DNA of 62,308 nucleotides, counting the filler, from Piptocephalis cylindrospora (taxonomy: Eukaryota), in assembly GCA_003614145.1 (NCBI GenBank). It is 4 parts of 4 records of this genome, joined end to end, with 100 filler letters (N's around TTAATTAATTAA, not from the genome) between each part and the next. Parts side by side here need not be neighbours in the genome. Positions count along the whole stretch, not along the records: positions 1 to 15,518 come from KZ987893.1; positions 15,619 to 31,123 come from KZ987894.1; 2 more parts are not named here. One strand, written 5' to 3'. Position 1 is the first letter of the stretch. The number at the start of each line of letters is the position of its first letter. Position numbers and translations under genes: made by a program. Below, piece after piece: positions 11,320 through 23,325 of the stretch. Below the pieces are notes generated by a model. The model saw only the letters and a list, made by a program, of their open reading frames with translations, was not told where the DNA came from and searched no databases.

Positions 11320-14300
11320 TCAACAGTACCTCCCGGTGAAGCGAGACTGGCGTAGGGAATAGCCATGAGAGGATCCACCAGCCCCCCCTCCGCTCTCACC
11401 TCCATCCCCGCCCCTACCGAGATACCGATTGGGAAAGTCGGGAAGGGGCATGGGGGTGGGATAAGGGGAGGAAGCTGACTGAAAGGCCATTTCTGGGTCC
11501 ATGGGATTCGTGAAGAGCCTATGCCGCCTTCTCCTCCTCTCTTCCTCAGCCAAAGCCTCTTCCTCCTCTGCTGGATCCCACGCCACCCCATCACTCCGCC
11601 AATTGAGACGGAAAAATGAAGAATTAACTGCATCTACGGCCCTAGCCCGATCCTCCGGACAGTACCGAAGGAGGGACTCGACTAGAGCCAGGAAATGCCG
11701 GCCAAACACGCTATTTTGTGGGATAATCTGACTTAGAGACCGGACATGCGAAACGTATCGCATGCTCGTGCGGGAGGTCTCAGCCTGGGGGTAGAGAAGA
11801 CGTCCGTGGGAGAAGAAGGGTGGGTTACACCGGGAAGCCAGGCGTTGAAGACGGGTGGGTATGGGTCCCAACACCTTCTCCATCATGGCCAAATGCTCAA
11901 AGTTATCATGCGTCTGGAACAGGGCCTCTCCCGTATACAATTCCACGAGGATACATCCAATGCTCCACAGGTCACAGGGATAGCTCCAGCCGATACCTGG
12001 GAAAGGAAAGGGAAAGGGTCAGTCCTCCTTTCGGCTTAAAAAGGGCCAATTCGTGTGTCTCTTACCAAGGATGATTTCCGGGGCCCGGTAATGCCTTGTA
12101 CTGACAATGGCGCTGTGATATTCTGTATTAAAAGTGGCGCTGCCAAAGTCAATGAGTCGAATCTCCGAATCGACAATTTCCTCCTTGACCTTTCCTGCAC
12201 TTCCGGGCTATGGAAAGGGGGTTAGGACTTAGTGCACGGCTCTGACATCATCAAGTACTCTGTCCTCCCCGTAGAAACTTAGGATCATACCTCGACTTTT
12301 CGAAAGGAATTCCGGGCAAAGAGGATATTCTCAGGCTTTAAATCCGTATGAACCAGTCCAGCTGAGTGCAAGACTATGCAGCGAAAAATGTAAGTATCAT
12401 TTCATCTCTCCTCCTCCTCTTTACAATATGTACTTACATTGTACACTCGAAAGTAATTGCTTAGCCAGGTGCCAGATGTGGAAGGGAGAAAGGGGGGTAA
12501 AGCCATTGCGCTTCATGTGGTCAAACACACTCATGCCATAGAGTTCAAAGACCATGCAGGTATGACCATGAAAGTCAAATTCATCCAATAGGTGAATGCA
12601 CCGACTGGGAAGGGAGGGTGGGTGATGCGTCAGCAGCAGTACCCTTTATACGCCCCAACTCCCTCCCCCCCCCTCCCACATACGTAGCCACTTACTAGAT
12701 GTTCCCTGGGTCACGGGATTGCAGTTCCCGAAGAACGCGTACCTCCACCTTGGCAGCATCCCGGTACTTTTGAACAGCTCGAATGACTTTGACTGCGACG
12801 TTCCGACCATCCCTTCGATCCAGACACTCGGCCACCTTCCCAAAAGTACCTTGCCCAAGTAATCGGTTGATGGTGTAGCGAGAGGTGATGGTCCCCTGAG
12901 GAGTTACGATAAAGTGGCCTTCAGAATCGTCCCGGGGGGGCGGGGGTTTTATTGAGGGTCGGGAAGTAGTGGAGGAAGAGGTAGTCGAGGCGGTGGTGGT
13001 GGAGGTAGCAGAAGAGGCAGCCACTGATGTGGGTATGATGCCCTGGGAGGAGTAAGACGGAGGGGGAGGTGCTAAGGCTGGAATGGTGTGGTGAGCATTA
13101 GCCATGGAATTGTACGTTCCGGCGCTTAGGCCCATGGTTGGAAGTTGCAAGCCCGACGTGTATGCTGAAGTATGGCCACCGCCGGTCGAGGAAGAAGCCA
13201 CGCCCCCGCCCGGCACACCAATATTTTGACCCGTTGTCATGGAAGAGGGCGGTACTGGATCGTACAAGGAAGAGTAATGAGAGGAAGCGGGAGGGATTTT
13301 AGGTGCTGCTGCCGTAGTGTAGACCAGCCCTTGTTGATTCCCCTCGGCCGCAGCCGCCCTTGAAGCATCCAAAGATGGCTTTAGCGTATCCATAGACCGA
13401 TCCCACAGAGAGGTGGAAGGGAGTCTCGATGAACCCATACTCCCGCTGCCATTGGGACTCATCATGGATCCTGAGGGAAGGCCTAAAATAAGAAGGGATG
13501 AGACAAAGAACATATCTGAGGATTCTATGGGCACATACCTTGAGTATACGGATTTCGTGAGGAGATGGATGCTGCAGTACTATGGTTCTGAGAGGGGGTG
13601 GTCATGGAAGCAGTAGGGAATGCTGCGTATGGAGAGTAGGGGGAGGACATGGGGGAGGGGTCTCCTTGCATCGTAGAGGCTGGAATACCTGGAGGAGGGG
13701 GAACACCCCTTGAATATGCGGCTCCTGTTGCTGCATTGACCCTATCCATTCCCGAGGAGGAGAGGGATGGGATGGTGTAAGCATCAGGAAACTCATAGCC
13801 ATTCGAAGTACCACCATTGTACCCACGACGACCCGCCGTCCTTCGTGAGCTAAAGGGAGGGTATCCAGGGGCTGAAACAGTCGTCGAGGACATGGAATAA
13901 TGGTTTGAATTACCCATTCCTGCGGAAGAGGAAGAAGAGGAGGAAGAAGAGGAGGAGGAGGAGGAAGACGGAGGACCCGCTGCATGATAGGGACCCATGC
14001 CGCCCGAGATGGAGGGAGAGGATGGATCCGTTCGGCCGTATGGGTCCATGGCTGATGAAGGGTTCATGGTGCTATTACTAAAGCTCCCAGAATGGTGATG
14101 ATGGTGATGACCCCCCACGCCATAGCCTCCTCCGTTGGTCGCGGTCGTACCAGATGGAGCTCCACCTCGTCGACGACCTACATTACGCAATGGGCCGGGA
14201 GAAGAGGTAAACTCGGTCATTTTCGCGAATTCAGCCGCGTTCCCCCCTAGGCTCCCCCCGCTCCCACCAAATGGTGTTCCCCCACCACCCGTTGTTGGGG

Positions 14301-14361
14301 TAGAGGCCCCAGAGGACCGTCCAGAATAAGTTGCCATGGCTTTTCGACGTCGAGTGGACAT
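11320..14361 (-). CDS. LKH1: LAMMER dual-specificity kinase (Lkh1/Kns1/CLK); exons 14361-13539, 13482-12696, 12604-12438, 12373-12291, 12207-12066, 11996-11320
   Basis: [46 protein letters not shown] and [11 protein letters not shown]. Five GT-AG introns restore the frame. Confidence 0.93.
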
Positions 14362-15417
14362 GTCCTTTTCCTGTCTCTAGGAGGGAGGAGGGAGACATGG
14401 ATGGGTGGAGTGAGATTAGCATAAAGGAACAGTGACAAGATGGGCCAACATCAATATTCTTTCTGTAAAGAAGAAAAACACACTCATTATCACCTCCTTT
14501 TGTGCAAAGATCGAAAGCCAGATGATGCGCTACAACTTACCCTCGCAAGTGCACAGTAGTGGTACGTGTGATCGAAAAAGAAAGGAGGATTGAAGCAGAC
14601 TCCAGTTTAGGAAGAACAGGAGGGAGCAATGGCGAATGGAGATATAGGAAGAGGTGAGAACGACTCTTAATGTACTCCACAGTGCTTAAGAGGATGATGA
14701 GAGGTCAGGCGGGGAGGAAAGGAGGGAAAAGGAGAGATGGGAGAAAGAAAGGAGGATGGGGGTGAGGGTGAGGCGGTGGTGGTGGCCTTGGAGAAAGACC
14801 GGAATAGACAAGGCGGGTTTTTGGGAGGCGGAAGCTTCCTGCATAGCCAAGGGAGGAAATAGGTCGCAGTGGAGAGGAAATAGGTCTCGCAGAATAGGGT
14901 GAGTCAGCCTGTTCCAAGCGACGAGGCGGTTTCAAGGCGGGTACGTATGGCTAGGCTAGGCTAGACTAGGTTGGACATTGATGTGTGGTATTTGTGTGGA
15001 CGGGGTGGATAATTTGAGCACACAATGAGGATGAGGAATGGAGGAGGGCCGCCAAGCAGCGCACAGGAAAGGGATAACACTGAGTGAGGAGATATGAAAG
15101 TTCATTTTGACGCACATTTCATCCACACATATTGCTATGGGCGATGGCAGGATGTAGATGGGATGATTGGATGGGTCGGGTGGTCAGACATAATGTGAGA
15201 GATAGGAATAATGGAGGGGGGGAGGGGGAGAGGAGAGAGAGGAGGGGGGAGAGGGGCATTGACCTCCCCTCATCCCCTACTACACACAACAATAACATGA
15301 GAGAGCACAAAGTCCGAGGTCAGGTGTTTAATGAGAGGGTGAATCCGGGAGGATCGAGTGTACCAGAAGGAACTGATCTTCTGGACGGGTCGCACTCTTT
15401 CAAGGAGACGGGGGGGT

Positions 15418-15420
<3 letters not shown>

Positions 15421-15458
<38 letters not shown>

Positions 15459-15459
15459 A

Positions 15460-15500
<41 letters not shown>
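15421..15500. repeat. (CA)n microsatellite at contig end
   Basis: Visible run of about 80 nt. Confidence 0.95.
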
Positions 15501-15503
<3 letters not shown>

Positions 15504-15518
15504 GTCCCCTCGCTCACT

Positions 15519-15618
15519 NNNNNNNNNNNNNNNNNNNNNNNNNNNNNNNNNNNNNNNNNNNNTTAATTAATTAANNNNNNNNNNNNNNNNNNNNNNNNNN
15601 NNNNNNNNNNNNNNNNNN
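15519..15618. other. Artificial contig-join spacer
   Basis: 44 N + TTAATTAATTAA (stops in all six frames) + 44 N. Confidence 0.97.
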
Positions 15619-16793
15619 ATCAAGTAATAAGACTGCTTCCTCCCATCCATCTCCTCTTTGTCCTTCCATCAAAAAACTTGGGAGTTCGGGCTGCGGGGAC
15701 GGAAACCCTACATCAGGTCAGAAGGGCACAATAATGTCCGTATTGAAGCCAGAGAGGTAGAAGCGCATAGGGGGTAGGTGAATGGGGTGAGCATAAAGAG
15801 GCAAGCGGAGTGGGGTGACTTTCTTTTTTCTTCCCTCTGTTGGACCTTTCTCTTGTCTCCAACCTTTTTTCCATTCCTTTTGTGCTGTGCCGCATTCGCT
15901 AATACTGCTGACTTTTCCTTCTCAAGGAATCGATGTTAATGTTTTGTATGAATGTGAAGAGCGCGATAATTCTGCGCTTATCTATTCACTTTCTTGAGCT
16001 GGAATAACGAATAAATATGGCAAATTGGCACGTTGGTGTGTGCATCGCGGCGGCTAGCTTTATCAATATTCCCTTGTATGCAAAGTCAATTGCTTTGCTG
16101 TTTTGAAAGAATCAGCTGGATCAATCGCACCATTCCTATTGATCTCTTGAGACACCATTGTTGCTCTCTTAATGTATATCCCCAGTGGGTAAGTAATCGA
16201 CGTTTGCGCTCCATTCAATGCGCTAGGGACCTTATACTTCGATCCCAACTCCGTTTATATCCATTTCAGCATCTTCTTAGATTATTCGTACCCCGATGGG
16301 CCATTTGGACAGGGTCCTGACTTGTCGGAGATAGCAAGAAGAAAGACTTGGCGGCTATGCTGCGATTGGAGATAGAAAGTCACTCACTTATCCAAGCGAG
16401 AAGAATTCATGCCCAATAGTGTAGTTAATGGCGGAGAAAAGGAGCAGGGCCCAGATTTGTCGGACATTGAAGGCAGGGAATTACTGATGTACTGATAGCT
16501 CATCCTTTTGAATCTGTCTAGGCATGGAGAGGAGGTGGTCGGCCAGTGCTTAAAGGGCTTATTTAGGGGCGAGATTTATGTCTGCAGAGTTGTTTCGTTG
16601 AACAACCTCACAGAACTTGGCCATTGATAGGCGGTACCCAGAATTCCCAGGCACCAAGAAACCCCCATTGGTTGTCGTCAGCTTGCCTTAACCTTGAAGG
16701 GTATTGTGATGTGAGAGAGTATCTGGTAGAATGATACACCTATCCAACTTCATAGCAGAGAGTATATCCGCACTTTCTCTCACTAGCCTCAGC

Positions 16794-16800
16794 TATAAAA
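16794..16800 (+). promoter_or_regulatory. Putative TATA box
   Basis: TATAAAA about 190 nt upstream of ATG 16986, followed by a CT-rich leader. Confidence 0.5.
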
Positions 16801-16985
16801 GTCAACGATTCTGTCCCTTTTACCCTCATCTTTCCCGTTTCCCTCTAACAAACCATCATCATCCCCCATCTTTCCCTTACATCCTCTCCTTCAATACATC
16901 ATCCAAGTAAAATAACTTTGCCGGACATCGTTACCACTCCCCATCCCATCCCATCCCGCTCTTCCCAAAGCCAATCCTTGCCGCC

Positions 16986-17603
16986 ATGCACTCCCTCTAT
17001 TTGCTTTCTTTCCTCGTCTTTCTTTCCGTCCCATGGACTATGGCTCGTCCCGCTGATACTGATCCAGATTCTGCGGCTCCAAATCTCATGAATCGGGCCA
17101 TGAGCCAGGCCTCCGGCGCAGAAGCGACTGACGGTAGCGTTACTGCCCCCTCGGCGTATGCCTCCATCACATACAATCACACGACTGGCCTATACTTTCT
17201 CTGCGCGAACGGAGGCAACGATGTTGTCATTCGTAAGATTGGTGAACCTCAGCCTGGGTGCACATTCTCCTTCACATCCAATAATGATGGTATGACCTTT
17301 CAACAAGCTAAGCTCTTCCTGACCCATGACAAGGAAAAGCTCACCTTGGCCGCTGGCGAAAACTCCAAGTGGCAGCAGCAAAACCCTGAACTCACCGGCA
17401 ACACCCCACGCTTCAACAATGTCTCTCCCATTGCATCCATTGGGGGATTGTCCCCGAAAGAGGAAGGCAATGGGCTTCTCTATCTTTCCGCTCCAGATAC
17501 ATCTGAGGAGAAGAAAGAGAGCGATTCGCCTGCCGTGCTGGGCAGCCAATCTGCCGGCTGGACCATCCTTATCTGGGGTGATCAGGACTATCAGTTCAAG
17601 TAG
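16986..17603 (+). CDS. Hypothetical secreted protein (205 aa, two Cys, probably beta-rich)
   Basis: Signal peptide MHSLYLLSFLVFLSVPWTMA-RP, intronless ORF, upstream TATA. Confidence 0.75.
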   Translation: MHSLYLLSFLVFLSVPWTMARPADTDPDSAAPNLMNRAMSQASGAEATDGSVTAPSAYASITYNHTTGLYFLCANGGNDVVIRKIGEPQPGCTFSFTSNNDGMTFQQAKLFLTHDKEKLTLAAGENSKWQQQNPELTGNTPRFNNVSPIASIGGLSPKEEGNGLLYLSAPDTSEEKKESDSPAVLGSQSAGWTILIWGDQDYQFK

Positions 17604-18227
17604 ATGCATTCTGGTAATCTAGGTTGTGTGTTGATTGATCCAATACACTGGCTACTTCCTTCCTTGATTCAATTTATGTGTACTGTTTCGAGATATAAAC
17701 TTTAATCTACGTCTTATCTCTAAGGGTGCTCTATGACCTGGCCTTGCTATGGGATGCTCTCTCCCATGTATAAATATCAATATACACATAGTAGACCCCA
17801 TTGTTCAGGAAAAATAAGACGAAAAATGGATGATGAGATTCATTGAGATAATCAATCCACATCACTCCAAGAAATGATGGTGAAATGAAAGAACGAGAGG
17901 GTGAAGGAGAGGGAATGTGAGGGGGGGGAAGGAAGAGATAATGGATATTGCTGCTTAGAGGAGAGAGGAGAGAGACAGGGAGGGGTCAACCCAATCATTG
18001 AATCATGCTTTCTCCATCTTTACAATAGTGGCAGCAACAAAAGCCAAACTTATCCTTATCTACCCTTCATCACCGCAGTCCTAGAATCTCCAAGGGAGAA
18101 AGAATCCTCGTATGCAGGGAGGAAAGAGGGCTTAGGCCCAACCACAGCGAACGTCGTCCTCGATGCCCTTGCAGGCCCGCCAGACCGACGGGGGAAATCG
18201 CAGGGGCTCCGCTTAGTTAGCGCACTC

Positions 18228-19440
18228 CTAGTAACCACTATCGAGGGGGGAAGCGCCGTAGCCAGGCTCCTGGTCACCGCTAGGGTTGGGGCTGTTAGAG
18301 GGACTACCGTAGTTCTGGTTGGAGTTGTCAACAGGGCTACCGTAGTTCTGGTCGGGGCTACCACTGCCAGGGGAAGCGGGAGGAGCCCCGTAGCTAAGCT
18401 CTTCGCCATTATCCTCACCACCGCTGATACCACCGGGGTTGGAGCCCTCACCGGGGCTGCCGTAATCTCCAGTGGGATTGGGTACGACATCGGAGGTACC
18501 CAACTCGCCAGAAGAGGTGCTGGAGGGGTAAACGGTAGTGGTGGCAGTGACGGTGACGGTGACAGTGGGGGCAGGGGAGCACTGACCGCATCCGGACTGA
18601 CCATCAGAATCGTAGTCAGAATCGGGGCCGGAGCAGCTGTCGTATCCGTCGCTCTCGCCACCCACAGTATCCTGAGGCGGTGTGTCTTGGTAGGAGGGGT
18701 AATCACTGGGAGACTCGATCGGGAAAGAAGAGGGGGCGCCGTAATCGGCAGGGGCAGGGCCAGGGGGGGGGAGGAGGGGCACCTCCACCACCGACATGAG
18801 CAGACGGGGGCACAGAGTAGTCCTGATTGGGATTGGAAGGATAAACGTCCTGAGTATTGGTGAGGGACTCATCGGACCAGGAGGGAGCGGACTCGGAATC
18901 AGGATAACCACTGCTCTCATCGACCCAGGAGGGAGTGGGAGAAGTGGAACCAGCGCCCTCCTCGCAATCTTCCACAGGGGATGAGGAGGATCCGGCTCCG
19001 TAACTTTGGTCACCAATGGGAGGGGTAGGGATGTAGGATTCGGGCTCGGTGTCGGAGGTACCCTTAACCCCCGTGTCAGAGGAAGAAGGAACATCGTCCT
19101 CACAGGGGGAAGCAGAGGCGTCACTGATTCCGGCAACGTCAGATTCGGTGGTATCGTCCAGGTTAGCGTCCTCGCCATAGGAAGGACTGGAAGTCTGGTA
19201 GCCCTGATCAGCACCCTGATCGTAACCCTGGTCGGCGCCCTGATCGTAGCTCTGGTTAGCGCCCTGATCGTAGCCTTGGTTAACAGCCCCAGTGTCGGAC
19301 TGGGGGTTGTTTGCAAGAGGTTCATACGCGTCATCATTGGAACCGCCAACAGGGTAACCGTCATCTCCGGCATGAACGGCGGAGGATGCGGAAAGAGCAA
19401 GAATGGCGACAGCCAGGACGAGAGAGTGAGCGAAATGCAT
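18228..19440 (-). CDS. Secreted Gly/Tyr/Asp/Ser/Pro-rich repetitive structural protein (~403 aa), frameshifted at C9 run (+ strand G 18763-18771)
   Basis: Signal peptide MHFAHSLVLAVAILALSASSAVHA and (Q)GYDQGA(N/D) repeats in ORF 18703-19440. The same composition continues in another frame after the run (DYGAP...NYGSP...DSGY*). Confidence 0.75.
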
Positions 19441-19786
19441 GTTGATGGAGGAGGAGAGGAGTTTCTAGAAAAAGTGGTGGGGGAGAAGGATGGGGTAGCG
19501 GAAAGAAGGATAGGAGGGGGGCGAGTGGAAGTTTTGAACGGATGTGTGCTGGAAGGGGGGAAAGGGGAGGGGGAACGAGTGCTTTTCAATCTACTTGGAC
19601 AGAAAAGAGGAAAAAAGAGGATGTCAGAAGTTCAAGGTCGCAGACCTATGAGCATGGAGGGTCGGGAAGGAGAAAGGAGGGGGAGAGAGAGGGGGGAGAG
19701 TGCAAAAGTGGGGAGGGAAGAAGTGTGAGGCAAGAAGGGGAGGAAGGAAGGAGAGGGTATGGAAGACCAGAGAAACAGCTGGTATC

Positions 19787-19792
19787 TTTATA
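19787..19792 (-). promoter_or_regulatory. Putative TATA box
   Basis: TATAAA on the minus strand upstream of a long pyrimidine-rich leader before ATG 19440. Confidence 0.3.
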
Positions 19793-20756
19793 CCTTTGTC
19801 TTCTCCGACTGACCTGGAGGGAGTGGCGGGGGAGGGGAGCGACACAGGGGGAATGAGTGTTGTTAGGCATGGGTGAACAGGTGAGTTAGATGTGATGGGA
19901 ACGGGTATTGTCGGAGTGCGGACCTAAACTGCGGGCGGAGTCTGAAATGAATGCAGCGGAGTATATAAAATACGAGATAAAGATACACACATACACCAGC
20001 GCCCGCCTGGTCTTGAGGATGGGTAGGAGAGAAACGAGGACAGGGACAGGCGGGCGCATGAATGAGCGACGGAGAGTGAAGCGGAGTCCATATGGATCAA
20101 CAGATGAAGAAAAAGGTGGACGAATTTAGAGTGTCTGGGGCTTGGAAGAGGTCCCGTATAAGCTGGGCCAAATATACCCCGATGGACCAGGTTCTGACTG
20201 GACAGGAAGTGAGACGGAGTTTGAGCTGGTGCTAGCAATTGACTGGCGGGAGCATATTTAGGAAGTAATGTCTGGAAGCGAGAAGGAGGTTTGTATTCCC
20301 ATACACGGATCTGGTCTATCCGCCAAGTCTTGGCATGAGTTTCTCACCTGGAACGAGGAGGTAGGAGAAGCTGGAAGGGAGGCGACAACACCAGAGATAA
20401 AGGCACACAAGATGGTTTAAAGGATGGATCAACGTACACTACTCGAGATATAGAAGGATGAGGACACAGCAAAGCTGATCTCGGGTAGATAAAATGGGAT
20501 CCCATGACAAGCAATGTAGTCTGGCCGTTCAAGTCAAGTGGATGAGGCAAATGGATATGGGAGACCAAACTGGATGAGAGAAACTAGATTGGGTTAGGTT
20601 GGTTAAATCTGGTGAAATGAAATAGTGAACGGGGGAATTATTGCATTGACCTGTCATCTCTTCATACGGATAGAAAAGGCCTGAATTCTTCAACCTTTGT
20701 CATAGTTTATAGCGATGATACCCTATAACATAGAAAGACACAGCGAGACGTAGGTT

Positions 20757-21384
20757 TTAACGACATGCAACGTTGCCATCCTGGCCATAAGGTGTACATA
20801 TTTGACCACTTGGACAGGGTTGAGAACGAAAGATACGACCAAGGCAACGTAGGAGACCGGTGGACTGAGAGTCACATCTTTGGATCATGCCACTGCAAGT
20901 ATCATTGACTTTGTACTCGCTGAGCTTGGAGGTGGCTTCATTATTATTATTAAAGAATAGTAAATCAGCCCCCCTTGGAAGCAACAGCCGCGTGCTCAGG
21001 CAGGCCAGAGATGGCGTGGCTTTCGCCGGGATTCGGTAGTGGTTGGATGAACTTGGGCAGCAGTCCCTCCACCATGGGTCCGCCGGGGGTAGCACCGGAC
21101 CCCGGAGGGGTTGATGGTGGGGAAGAAGTAGGTTTGAGGTCGATACCCTCTTGATCAAGCAAGGCCATAGTAATGTTTTTTCCGTCCGAGCAGAGACAGG
21201 ATAGGGCGTATGGATTGTTGCTCGTGCACGCCCCCTCCCCCGTCACTTCATATTCGGCGCATGCGAGAGAGCAATGCGAATCCCAATGGGGCCAGGCACA
21301 GCCGGCTTGGAAGTAAGAGAAGGCTTCAGCCATCCCTTCTGTGGCTAGAAGAAGGACGAGGGGTATGGAAAGGAATAAGTGCAT
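20757..21384 (-). CDS. Secreted CSab-defensin-like domain + Pro-rich linker + CBM19-like chitin-binding domain (~208 aa if fused; frameshift at G6, 20969-20974)
   Basis: Signal peptide MHLFLSIPLVLLLATEGMAEA, then C-x8-C-x3-C-x10-C-x9-C-x-C. The second frame carries C-x6-C-x9-C-x9-C-x5-C-x10-C. Removing one G gives ASKGADLLFF... in frame. Confidence 0.65.
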
Positions 21385-22446
21385 TGAATCAGATGAGATA
21401 AGACTGGACCAGCCAGGGATGGGGGATGTGAGATGGAGAAAGAGGGCTGATGGTGGAACGAAGGAGAAAGGAAAAGGAAAGGGGGAAAGGACGGAGGAAG
21501 GAAGGATCCGAGGCGAATTGGGACGTGTATCAAGATGATACTCGTTTGGATAAAACACTAGTATTCATCGGAGTTTTCACGGTGGACGAGCTAACTCCGT
21601 TAACAAGAGGATGATTTAGGATTGAAGGGATGGGTGTGCGTGGTGGAAGGGCAATGACAGGCTGAGGATGGGGATTGATGCGCAATGTAAGGGGTGGCCA
21701 GAACAGCCCTAGTTCCTCTACTCTAAAAGGAAAAGGTATGACGATGGGCGCAGCCCATCCAAGAACTATCAGAGTCTAGTCGGTCTCTTCCTGCATCTCA
21801 TCTGCATGGGGTGCCTATCCTGAATGGGCACCACCCCATCGCAAAGGGATCTGTTGTGAATGAGCAAGTTCATCTTCTTCGGTGAACTCGATATCATTGT
21901 ATACTTGCCATCGTATGAATAGGTCAGAACGTTGAGGCAAATTCATTTATTATCCATCCCTGTGTTTAGCTCACTAGGACGACCGATCTTTTTTTTCCTT
22001 GAATCCAGCTTCCATATCTTGATTCTCCCTCCCCAAATAAGAACAATGTCTCTTGATGTAACATGAGCAGAAGTAATCCATTGTCCCTACCCCTCTCCAC
22101 ATCTTGCAACCCTGTCCCTGAATGTCATCTCCTCTATTGTCTCGCAAAGGCACTGCCCGACACATTCAAGGGGCTCAAGTAGCCCTGTCTCTCCCTCCTA
22201 CTCGCTGGGTGTGTGCAAGGGGGAAGAGCATCAAAGGAAGACCTAGTATAGGGGCCTTTCAATGTCCCTGGGGCAAGGAAGGGGAGCATTGGCCCACATT
22301 CACCATTATCGGGGTACAGATACTAAGGTAACCTGTCTAGGCATATGCGCGCGTACGTATACACGAAGATACACTCACATTTAGGCATGATAATCCTCGT
22401 CATCTTCCTATCCATCATCCACATGTGTATCTCCACAAGGTAAGGA

Positions 22447-22477
<31 letters not shown>

Positions 22478-22567
22478 GCCGGGGGGGCCCCCCCCCCCCC
22501 CCCACCCACCCCCCACACCCCCCCCCCCCCTCTCCCCCCCCCTAACCCCCCCCCCCCCCCCCCCCCC
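22447..22567. repeat. Interrupted poly-C tract (probably error-prone sequence)
   Basis: Visible runs. Confidence 0.9.
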
Positions 22568-22623
22568 TTCTCTCTTTCCCTCTCTTCATCCCACCGATAC
22601 CAACGAACCCCCCTTCATTGGAC

Positions 22624-23325
22624 ATGACGGACGTTGCTACCACCACCCCCACCCTCACCACCACGGCCACCACTGAAAAGGCGGAGGAAGGACAGGTTTC
22701 CGGTCCCGCCCCACCCACTTCTACCCCTGCTGCCGTTGCCGCCCCCTCCGTCACCCCAGAGTCCCCCACCACCTCCGAGGGCCACCATGCCCTTCGTCAC
22801 CAGTGGACCCTTTGGTTCATGCACCGGACCCCGGGTCAAAAGATCACCGACTACGAGGCCGCCATCAAGCGTATCGCCACCTTTGGCACCATCGAGGAGT
22901 TCTGGCACGTCCACCAGCACCTCGTTCGCCCCAACGACCTCCCCAACATCTCCGATTACCACCTCTTCAAGGCCGGTGTCCGTCCCGTCTGGGAGGACGA
23001 CGCCAACATCAAGGGTGGTAAGTGGATCGTCCGGCTCAAGAAGGGCCTCGCCTCCCGCTACTGGGAGTCCCTAATGATCGCCGTCGTCGGCGACCAGTTC
23101 GATCTCGGTGACGAAATCTGCGGTGCTGTCCTGTCCATGCGTAACTCCGAGGACATCCTCTCCCTCTGGAACCGTACCGCCAGTGGCGCCCGTGTCAACC
23201 TCCGTATCCGCGATACCCTCAAGCGTATCCTCGGCGCCCCCGCCGACACCGTCATGGAGTACAAGGCCCATACGGATGCCCTCCGTGACAACTCCTCCTT
23301 CCGTAACACCGATGTCTACAAATAA
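22624..23325 (+). CDS. EIF4E2: Cap-binding protein eIF4E, class II (eIF4E2/4EHP-like)
   Basis: HALRHQWTLWF, TIEEFW, DYHLFKAGVRPVWED, GGKWIVRLKKGLASRYWE. Tyr (ITDYE) occupies the W56 position. Intronless with strongly C-ending codons. Confidence 0.88.
   Translation: MTDVATTTPTLTTTATTEKAEEGQVSGPAPPTSTPAAVAAPSVTPESPTTSEGHHALRHQWTLWFMHRTPGQKITDYEAAIKRIATFGTIEEFWHVHQHLVRPNDLPNISDYHLFKAGVRPVWEDDANIKGGKWIVRLKKGLASRYWESLMIAVVGDQFDLGDEICGAVLSMRNSEDILSLWNRTASGARVNLRIRDTLKRILGAPADTVMEYKAHTDALRDNSSFRNTDVYK

Noticed and set aside
15563..15574. Palindromic TTAATTAATTAA, repeated three times, as a biological site
   Set aside because: Always centred in exactly 88 N, so it is an artificial six-frame stop linker.
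18228..19589. 453-aa ORF as the true gene
   Set aside because: Its N-terminal two-thirds are an off-frame reading. The signal-peptide frame starts at 19440 and joins it only after the C9 run.
22425..22676. Poly-Pro ORF resembling a formin or extensin
   Set aside because: Translation of an error-prone poly-C tract upstream of eIF4E.
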